From positions 13,868-77,867 of the forward strand of contig JAFGCB010000025.1 of assembly GCA_016932855.1 (NCBI GenBank): a DNA stretch of 64,000 bases. Reading direction: 5' to 3'. Positions within the stretch are counted from its first letter, which is position 1; every line of letters starts with the position of its first letter. Made by a program: the position numbers and the translations under genes. Source of the stretch: Candidatus Omnitrophota bacterium (lineage in GTDB: Bacteria > Omnitrophota > Gorgyraeia > Duberdicusellales > Duberdicusellaceae). This document shows positions 57,088 through 64,000 of this stretch, in pieces. The notes below the pieces were generated by a model. That model was not told the origin of the DNA. It worked only from the letters and a program-made list of their open reading frames with translations, and ran no database searches.

Positions 57088-57117
57088 AAAAGCCTGCCTG
57101 TAAAACGGCAGGCTTTT
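57088..57117 (+). terminator. Rho-independent terminator
   Basis: aaaagcctgcc-tgtaaaac-ggcaggctttt. Confidence 0.8.
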
Positions 57118-57482
57118 GTTATCAGATCTACCGAAAAGGGAACGCTTTATTTTTAATTGTGTAAATGAAAAAGTAAACTCCTTAAAGACAGAAGGCTTCG
57201 GTATAAAGGCCAATAATATTCAGGTTTGTAACTATCTGTTCAGCAAGTAGTTGCGAAGACTGTTTCCATAGGGTTTCCTGTTGATTTCAAATCGGGCTTT
57301 TTTCGAATTTCGCGGCGTTTTGGACTTCTCTGCAGCATTCTTATTTGTGTTTCAGTTTTGCTTAATTTTCAATTGACTTATACCTCAGCAATAGGTATTC
57401 TAGTATTCGTTCTTATCAGATTGAGGAATCTTAACACACCTTTTTGAATGCTTTTCATGACAAATTTACCGGCGAGATTGCT

Positions 57483-60284
57483 ATGAATTCGAGCTATATA
57501 TTGATTAAAGGCGCAAAAGAGCACAACTTAAAGAACTTAGATCTAAAAATCCCTAAGGATAAGCTTATTGTATTTACGGGGCTTTCGGGTTCGGGAAAGT
57601 CTTCCTTGGCTTTTGACACGATTTATGCGGAAGGGCAGCGCCGCTATGTGGAAAGCCTATCCAGCTATGCCCGGCAATTTCTAGAGAAGCTGCAAAAGCC
57701 CGACGTGGACCATATAGACGGTCTTTCACCGGCCATAGCTATTGAGCAGCGTTCATCTTCGGGATCTCCCCGGTCTATCGTTGCCACTCAAACCGAAATT
57801 TACGATTATCTTCGTTTGTTTTTCGCCCGGGTCGGCAAGCCCTATTGCTGGAAGTGCAAGATCCCAGTCGACGCCCAAAGCCCGCAGGAAATCATAAATC
57901 GGGTTCTTGATTACCCTAATAAAACAAAGATCCATATTTTATCTCCCGTTGTAAAAGGCAAAAAAGGTAAATTCAAAGAACTTTTTACCCGCTTTAAAAA
58001 AGACGGATTTGTGCGGGTAAGGATCGACGGAAAAATTTATAATTTGGAAGAGGACATCGAACTCGAAAGATATAAGCTACATACCATAGAACTGGTAGTT
58101 GACCGGGTCGTCATAAGCCCGGTTGCAAAAAATAGAATTGCTTCGTCGATTGAGATGGCCTTAAAGATTAGCAAAGGCGAGCTTATTATATTGCGGCAGG
58201 ATCAGGACCGGGAGGAACTTTTTAATACCAAATTTACCTGCCCGAAATGTAAGACAGCCATGCCAGAACTGCAGCCTCGAACATTTTCTTTTAACTCGCC
58301 GTACGGAGCCTGCGAGGCTTGCAATGGATTGGGCACGAAGTTAGAATTTGATCCCTACCTCATAGTCCCGGATAGAAAAAAGACCTTACGCGAAGGGGCA
58401 ATAGAGGCTTGGAAAAGGGGCGGTCGGGGCTATATCTTATATTACAGGAGTCTTTTAAGAGAATTAGCCAGTGAACTTGAATTTAGTCTTGACGTTCCCT
58501 TTTATAAGTTACCCAAGGGGATAAAGAACGCCATTCTTTACGGAGCCAAGGTCGAAGTCTGGGGTAAGCCTTTTGAAGGCGTTATACCTCACCTTAATCG
58601 GCTGTTCAATAACTCAGACAGTGATTACCTCAAGGCAGAGATTTCAAGATTTATGAATAAAACCGCCTGTCCGGCGTGTCAAGGGGGGCGGCTTAAAAAA
58701 GAAAGTTTATCAGTATATGTCGGAAACAAAAACATCTGGGATATAATGAAGATGTCGATAGCCAGGGCTTTTGAATTTTTTGACGGTTTTGTCTTGACTA
58801 AAACCCAGGAAGTGATAGCAAGCGGCGTCGTAAAAGAAATCAAAAAAAGGCTTAACTTTTGTCTGGCGGTGGGCTTAGGTTACATTACTTTAGATAGATT
58901 GAGTTCCACTCTTTCCGGAGGAGAAGCGCAGCGTATACGTCTTGCGACCCAGGTCGGCTCAGCTCTTTCGGGAGTGCTTTACGTCTTGGACGAGCCTACA
59001 ATCGGCCTTCACCAGCGGGATAACCAGAAGCTGATAAATATCTTTAAGCAATTACGAGACTTAGGCAATACGGTTATTGTGGTTGAGCATGACGAGCTTA
59101 TTATAAAGAATTCTGATTGGATTGTTGATCTCGGCCCGGGAGCAGGCAAGCGCGGAGGTTCGGTTGTTTACTCCGGACCGACTTCCAAGATAGATTCTTC
59201 TTCGTCGCTTACGGCCTCTTACCTCAAAAATGAGCGGTCTATACCGCTTCCTTCGGAAAGGAAAGACTATCGAAGCAGGCCATTTATTTTTATAAAAGGC
59301 GCCCGTCAGCACAATCTTAAAAGCATCGATGTTAAGATTCCCTTAGGGGTTTTTGTTTGTGTCACCGGAGTTTCAGGTTCAGGCAAGTCTACGCTAATTG
59401 AAGAGGTGCTTTTTAAAGCGATGAGTAAGTTTCTCTATGGTTCGCGGGAGCAGCCCGGCAGCCATGGTGATATTAAACATAAAGAACTGATAGATAAAGT
59501 TGTGATTGTTGACCAGTCTCCTATCGGCCGCACGCCCCGTTCAAACCCCGCGACTTACACCGGAGTATTTACCTATATACGGGATATTTTTAGCAAACTT
59601 AGCGAGGCAAAAATCCGGGGTTTCAAGCCCGGCCGGTTCAGTTTTAATGTTAAAGGCGGAAGATGCGAGGCTTGCGAGGGGGACGGGGTTAAGAAAATCG
59701 ATATGCATTTTTTACCGCCGGTTTATGTAAGGTGTCAGGTTTGTGGGGGTAAAAGATTTAACGAGCAGACCTTGAGCGTAAAATTTAAGGGCTATTCTAT
59801 TGCTGATGTTTTGGAGATGTCGGTAGACGATGCGGTGGAGCTTTTCGAGAATATCCCCCAAGTAAAAAATATACTCGATACTCTTAAGAGCGTAGGCCTA
59901 GGTTATGTTGAATTGGGCCAGTCGGCAACAACCCTTTCGGGCGGGGAAGCCCAAAGGGTTAAGCTTTCCCGATATTTACGACTCAGGTCTACCGGCCGGA
60001 CTCTTTATATTTTAGATGAACCTACAACCGGTCTGCATTTTGAGGATGTAGAGAAATTGCTTTACGTTTTAAGCCGCTTGGTAGATAAAGGCAATACAGT
60101 AGTTTTGATTGAACACAATCCGGATGTTATAAAATGCGCGGATTATATAGTTGATTTAGGCCCCGAAGGGGGAGATGCAGGGGGCTATCTTTTAGCCAGC
60201 GGTTCCCCGGAAGAACTAATAAAGGTAAAAAATTCCTATACCGCCAAGTTTCTTAAGGCCAAGTTGTCAGGTAAGATAAAATAA
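57483..60284 (+). CDS. uvrA: Excinuclease ABC subunit A
   Basis: [17 protein letters not shown], two ABC modules with LSGGE, zinc fingers. Confidence 0.98.
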   Translation: MNSSYILIKGAKEHNLKNLDLKIPKDKLIVFTGLSGSGKSSLAFDTIYAEGQRRYVESLSSYARQFLEKLQKPDVDHIDGLSPAIAIEQRSSSGSPRSIVATQTEIYDYLRLFFARVGKPYCWKCKIPVDAQSPQEIINRVLDYPNKTKIHILSPVVKGKKGKFKELFTRFKKDGFVRVRIDGKIYNLEEDIELERYKLHTIELVVDRVVISPVAKNRIASSIEMALKISKGELIILRQDQDREELFNTKFTCPKCKTAMPELQPRTFSFNSPYGACEACNGLGTKLEFDPYLIVPDRKKTLREGAIEAWKRGGRGYILYYRSLLRELASELEFSLDVPFYKLPKGIKNAILYGAKVEVWGKPFEGVIPHLNRLFNNSDSDYLKAEISRFMNKTACPACQGGRLKKESLSVYVGNKNIWDIMKMSIARAFEFFDGFVLTKTQEVIASGVVKEIKKRLNFCLAVGLGYITLDRLSSTLSGGEAQRIRLATQVGSALSGVLYVLDEPTIGLHQRDNQKLINIFKQLRDLGNTVIVVEHDELIIKNSDWIVDLGPGAGKRGGSVVYSGPTSKIDSSSSLTASYLKNERSIPLPSERKDYRSRPFIFIKGARQHNLKSIDVKIPLGVFVCVTGVSGSGKSTLIEEVLFKAMSKFLYGSREQPGSHGDIKHKELIDKVVIVDQSPIGRTPRSNPATYTGVFTYIRDIFSKLSEAKIRGFKPGRFSFNVKGGRCEACEGDGVKKIDMHFLPPVYVRCQVCGGKRFNEQTLSVKFKGYSIADVLEMSVDDAVELFENIPQVKNILDTLKSVGLGYVELGQSATTLSGGEAQRVKLSRYLRLRSTGRTLYILDEPTTGLHFEDVEKLLYVLSRLVDKGNTVVLIEHNPDVIKCADYIVDLGPEGGDAGGYLLASGSPEELIKVKNSYTAKFLKAKLSGKIK

Positions 60285-60475
60285 AGGGCCGAGTTTATTT
60301 TGAGGCAATTTTCAGTAATTTTCAGAAGGTCTTCGGCAGAATTAGCCGGCTTTCGAGGTTTTAGTTTTTAGTATTGAACCGATATTTTAATAGGAGTAAA
60401 ATTTAAGCATTGCCTGGAAGGTTTTAGAAGCCAGGCAGAAGTCTCGCAGGCAGGATAAGAAACCTAATCTTTGTA

Positions 60476-62902
60476 ATGAATAGACTAAAATTAATAGGGC
60501 TGGTAATCGTAGCGTTTTTGGCTATAGAAACGAGCGGGGTTTTTGCAAATGAAGATGAAGATTTTTATGTCGCTCAGAAAGCTTTTAGTGAAGGTTTCTA
60601 TGACGCCGCCGAAGGCCTTTTCCGGAAATTCATCTCGATGTATCCTCAGAGCACAAAGGGTGATGAAGCTAAATTGATTATTGCTAAAAGTTTGTTTTAC
60701 AAAGAACGCTTCAGCGATGCCGAAAAGATTTTACAGGAATTAATCGCTTCCGAAACAGCCGGTTCAGCAAAGAGCAAAGCCCTTCATTGGCTGGGAGAGA
60801 TTAATTTTCAGGCGAAAAAGTACGAAACTGCTGTGGAGTTTTTTAAAAAGGCCAGAGAAGACAAAAGTGACCCGTCGACATTTTGGTGGTCTACTTATTC
60901 GTTGGGATTCTCCTATCTGGAGCTGGATGACAAGGATGAGGCCTACGAAGTTTTTACGGACATTATAAAAAATTCACCTGAGGGCGAGGTGCGGCAGAAG
61001 GCCTTTTACGCTCTTTGCAAATCGTATTATAAAGATAAAAAATACGATTCCCTCCAAGAGTTAGCCGTATCCTGGCTTGAAGAGTTTCCCGCTTCAGCGC
61101 TCCGCGATTATATCTATTTTTATCTAGGTGAATCACAATATTTTTTCCGAGAATTCTTAAAAGCCAGCGAGTATTACAAGCAGGCTCTCGCTGTTTCCAA
61201 AGACGAGAGCTTAAAGGATTCAATTTTTCAAGGTTTGGGATGGAGTTGTCTTGAAAAGGAGAATTTTTCCGAAGCAAAAGATTGGTTTTTTAAAATTTCT
61301 TCTCAGGAGATTAAGCTTTATTCTTTAGGAAGTCTTTATTTTAAGCTACACGATTATAAAGAGGCCCACGACTATTTCGATAAGTTTATTGAAAGTTATC
61401 CCCAAAGCTCCTTTATTTATAAGGCATATTTGGGTGAAGCCGAATCATTGTACAATTTGGGCAGGATTAATGACGCTTTTTCTTATTACAACAAGATAAC
61501 CGAGGCAAAAGATTCGCTTGTCGATAAGAAGATCCTTGAAGAAGCCTACTATAGCCTCGGCTGGTGCTATCTTAAAATGAATGATTATCGAAAAGCGATT
61601 GATCAGTTCAAAAAACTTACTTTTTCGAAAGAAGCTATCATAAAAATAAGTGCTCAAATAAATATCGGCGATGTTTATCAGGAGTCGGGAAATCTAAACG
61701 AGGCTTTGGAAGTCTATGAACAAGTTCTTAGGGAATTTTCCGATAATCTTTATTCGGATTATATCCAGCTTCAGATCGGTCTATGTTTATTAAAGAAAGA
61801 CGACCTTGAAGCCGCACTTTTAGCCTTTGATAGTTTGGTAAAGAATTTCCCGTCATCCAAACTCGAGCCCGAAGCTCTTTATTATGCTGCTTTATGTCAT
61901 GCTTCTTTGGGGAATTTTCAGGAGGCAGCAAGAATTTTAGAGGATTCGATCGCCAGGTTCGGTCAGAGCAAAACACTTAAAAAAATGTATCTGCTTATCA
62001 CGCAGGTTTATATAGAAAACGGGGACAGCGATAACGTCTTGCGGGTTTTCAGCGAGGCAGCCAAGAAGTTTTCCGGCGATAGTGAATTTTTAGAGAGAAT
62101 GCAGGTTCAAAAAGGATTATTTTATATTGATCAAGGCCAGGAAGACTTGGCCAAAAAAGAGTTCGAGAAATTCTTAAAGACTTTTCCCGATTCAGAGTTA
62201 AAAGAGAGAATCTTCCTTTATTTAGCAAATATCTATCACAAAGAGCAAGATTATTCACGGGCCAAAACTTATTATAATCAGATCCTTAAAAAGGGTTCTG
62301 CCAGTAAGTATTCCTATCAAGCTCGCTTGGATTTGGCTCAAATTATTTGGGAAGAAGGAAACCATGAAGACGCTCAGGCTATTTTAAAAGATAATTTGTC
62401 TTTATCTTCTTCCAAGGAAGTTATTGTGCAGACAAAGCTGATGCTTATCGAGTTTATGTTAAGTCAGGGCAGTTTCACCAAGGCTCTAGAGTTCTGCGAT
62501 AATTTAATAGAAGCCTATCCAGATTCAAAAGGTTTTTTTTATTTTAAAAAGGCGCAGATTTACGAAGATAACGAGGATTACCAGCAGGCTTACCAGAACT
62601 ATCTAAAGGCTCAGGAAGCTCAATTTGATTCGCCCCAACTGCGGTTTTCCAAGGGTTACGCTTTAGAGAAGATGGGAAATTCAGGGGAGGCAATTAAGAA
62701 TTTCTTGGAGGGTATATATATATTTCCCGATGATAAGAAAAACATCATAAAAAGTTATTTGAGGATAGCAAAATTATATGAAAAGCTTGGTCAGCCTCGG
62801 GAGGCATCCAAAGCTTATAGGAAAATAATAGATATGGATGTCGAAGAGGCTAAGTATGCCCGGGAGAAGCTGGAAGAATTGGAAGAATCCAAGAAAGACT
62901 AG
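60476..62902 (+). CDS. Exported multi-TPR protein
   Basis: Signal peptide; many TPR repeats with YPxS/FPxS turns (BamD/CpoB-like). Confidence 0.88.
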   Translation: MNRLKLIGLVIVAFLAIETSGVFANEDEDFYVAQKAFSEGFYDAAEGLFRKFISMYPQSTKGDEAKLIIAKSLFYKERFSDAEKILQELIASETAGSAKSKALHWLGEINFQAKKYETAVEFFKKAREDKSDPSTFWWSTYSLGFSYLELDDKDEAYEVFTDIIKNSPEGEVRQKAFYALCKSYYKDKKYDSLQELAVSWLEEFPASALRDYIYFYLGESQYFFREFLKASEYYKQALAVSKDESLKDSIFQGLGWSCLEKENFSEAKDWFFKISSQEIKLYSLGSLYFKLHDYKEAHDYFDKFIESYPQSSFIYKAYLGEAESLYNLGRINDAFSYYNKITEAKDSLVDKKILEEAYYSLGWCYLKMNDYRKAIDQFKKLTFSKEAIIKISAQINIGDVYQESGNLNEALEVYEQVLREFSDNLYSDYIQLQIGLCLLKKDDLEAALLAFDSLVKNFPSSKLEPEALYYAALCHASLGNFQEAARILEDSIARFGQSKTLKKMYLLITQVYIENGDSDNVLRVFSEAAKKFSGDSEFLERMQVQKGLFYIDQGQEDLAKKEFEKFLKTFPDSELKERIFLYLANIYHKEQDYSRAKTYYNQILKKGSASKYSYQARLDLAQIIWEEGNHEDAQAILKDNLSLSSSKEVIVQTKLMLIEFMLSQGSFTKALEFCDNLIEAYPDSKGFFYFKKAQIYEDNEDYQQAYQNYLKAQEAQFDSPQLRFSKGYALEKMGNSGEAIKNFLEGIYIFPDDKKNIIKSYLRIAKLYEKLGQPREASKAYRKIIDMDVEEAKYAREKLEELEESKKD

Positions 62903-63129
62903 TCTTGTCGAGGAAATCAGACAGTTTCTGCCGGCAGTCACGCCATTGGCGTGAATAAGCGGTCCTTACTTGAATTCTTCGGGGTTAAAGATTAATTTGG
63001 TTCTATCCCGAAAATCAAGGATATTTAAAAAAGGTTTCTCGTTTAGGAGGCAGATTAGCCCGCTTAAATGGGTTATGGCGGTCAGTTTATTTATTTTTTA
63101 AGTTATGAGTTCATTAAAGGAGGTTTGAG

Positions 63130-63762
63130 ATGTTTAATCTAGTGTTAAAAGGCGGTTGGCTCATGTGGCCCATAGTGTTATGTTCTATATTTTCCCTGGC
63201 AATTATAATTGATAAATTTCTATACTTCGTAAAAGCAAAGGTTAATTCCGAAGATCTATTTTCAAGTATATTAAGCTTGATAAAACGAGCCAATTTCAAG
63301 GAGGCTATAGAGTTATGTGAGGAAAAGCAGACGCCTCTAACCAACACTTTAAAGGTAGCCCTTCTCAATTATGATCAACCTAAAGAGTTGATCAAGGAAT
63401 CGGTAGAGGAAGTTTCTCTATATGAAATTCCTAAGCTTGAGAAAAATCTGAATTTTTTAGCTACCATCGCCCACATATCTCCGCTTTTAGGCCTTTTAGG
63501 GACTGTTACCGGCATGATACGCTGTTTTTATATAATTCAGGAAAAAACAGCTGCTTATGGGTCTGTTAATCCCGCGGATTTAGCCGGCGGAATTTGGGAA
63601 GCCCTTCTGACTACGGCTTTCGGGTTAGCAGTAGCTATACCTTCATATATTGCCTATAATTATTTCGTAAGCCGGGTTAATTTCAGTGTTTTGGAGATGG
63701 AGAAAACCGCAACCGAGCTGGTCAGCGTATTGACGGAACGAAAGGACAGTTATGAAGTTTAG
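63130..63762 (+). CDS. MotA/TolQ/ExbB proton channel protein
   Basis: GGWLMWPI, SPLLGLLGTVTGMI, GIWEALLTTAFGL. Confidence 0.93.
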   Translation: MFNLVLKGGWLMWPIVLCSIFSLAIIIDKFLYFVKAKVNSEDLFSSILSLIKRANFKEAIELCEEKQTPLTNTLKVALLNYDQPKELIKESVEEVSLYEIPKLEKNLNFLATIAHISPLLGLLGTVTGMIRCFYIIQEKTAAYGSVNPADLAGGIWEALLTTAFGLAVAIPSYIAYNYFVSRVNFSVLEMEKTATELVSVLTERKDSYEV

Positions 63763-64000
63763 AAAGCACATCAAAGAAGAATTCGGCTTGCGGCAGTTTG
63801 ACATTGCCCCCCTTATCGACATAATTTTTATTCTTCTTATATTCTTTATGCTTACTTCTAGTTTCATGATCCAGCCCGGGATAAGGGTTGATTTGCCAAG
63901 AACAGTAACCCATCAGGCGCTTCAAGTAAAGAGGGTAAGTATAACCGTATCTTCCGAGGATGTATTGTATTTGGGAAGCAAGGTCGTAACTGACAAGGAG
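63752..64000 (+). CDS. ExbD/TolR family protein (truncated by the window end)
   Basis: IAPLIDIIFILLIFFMLTSSF...VDLP; overlaps the exbB stop. Confidence 0.88.
   Translation, partial: MKFRKHIKEEFGLRQFDIAPLIDIIFILLIFFMLTSSFMIQPGIRVDLPRTVTHQALQVKRVSITVSSEDVLYLGSKVVTDKE

Noticed and set aside
56920-57213. 97-aa Phe/Leu-rich minus-strand ORF
   Set aside because: It is the complement of the A-rich Lys-peptide unit; the promoter, SD and terminator all point to the + strand.
62903-63129. Cobalamin or other riboswitch upstream of exbB
   Set aside because: No B12-box, TPP or other recognisable consensus is present; there is only a short REP-like hairpin.

Overview
A 64 kb bacterial chromosome segment with moderate GC. 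All ~58 credible genes lie on the + strand. Gene content and order (hom-thrC-apgM-lysC-cimA, stand-alone PilZ proteins, GAD-less AspRS, phoH-HD-ybeY, TPR-exbB-exbD) suggest an anaerobic diderm, probably Candidatus Omnitrophota (PVC); this taxonomy is inference. Most of the window is housekeeping: pckG, purC, purF-like, threonine/isoleucine synthesis, valS, nadC, uvrA/uvrB, coaX, CIRCE-groES-groEL, guaB3, dnaE, HU, hisS, aspS, ybeY and tRNA-Pro(GGG). I found no transposase, integrase, CRISPR array or rRNA. Five things stand out. (1) An accessory block at ~18.3-25.5 kb encodes secreted orphan proteins, and its promoters are followed by a family of terminator/attenuator hairpins, including a duplicated covarying pair around a possible three-way-junction RNA upstream of a 1098-aa orphan. 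(2) An operon encodes a HicB-like small protein, a small membrane protein, a zincin metallopeptidase and a Ddl-like ATP-grasp ligase. (3) A 62-bp hairpin element is inserted in frame twice in valS, and 7-8-nt tandem repeats and REP-like doublets are scattered across the window. (4) An unannotated 16-aa Lys-rich peptide gene has its own promoter, RBS and terminator. (5) Several enzymes are non-canonical: a PurF without the N-terminal Cys, a probable Re-citrate synthase and a GAD-less ND-AspRS.
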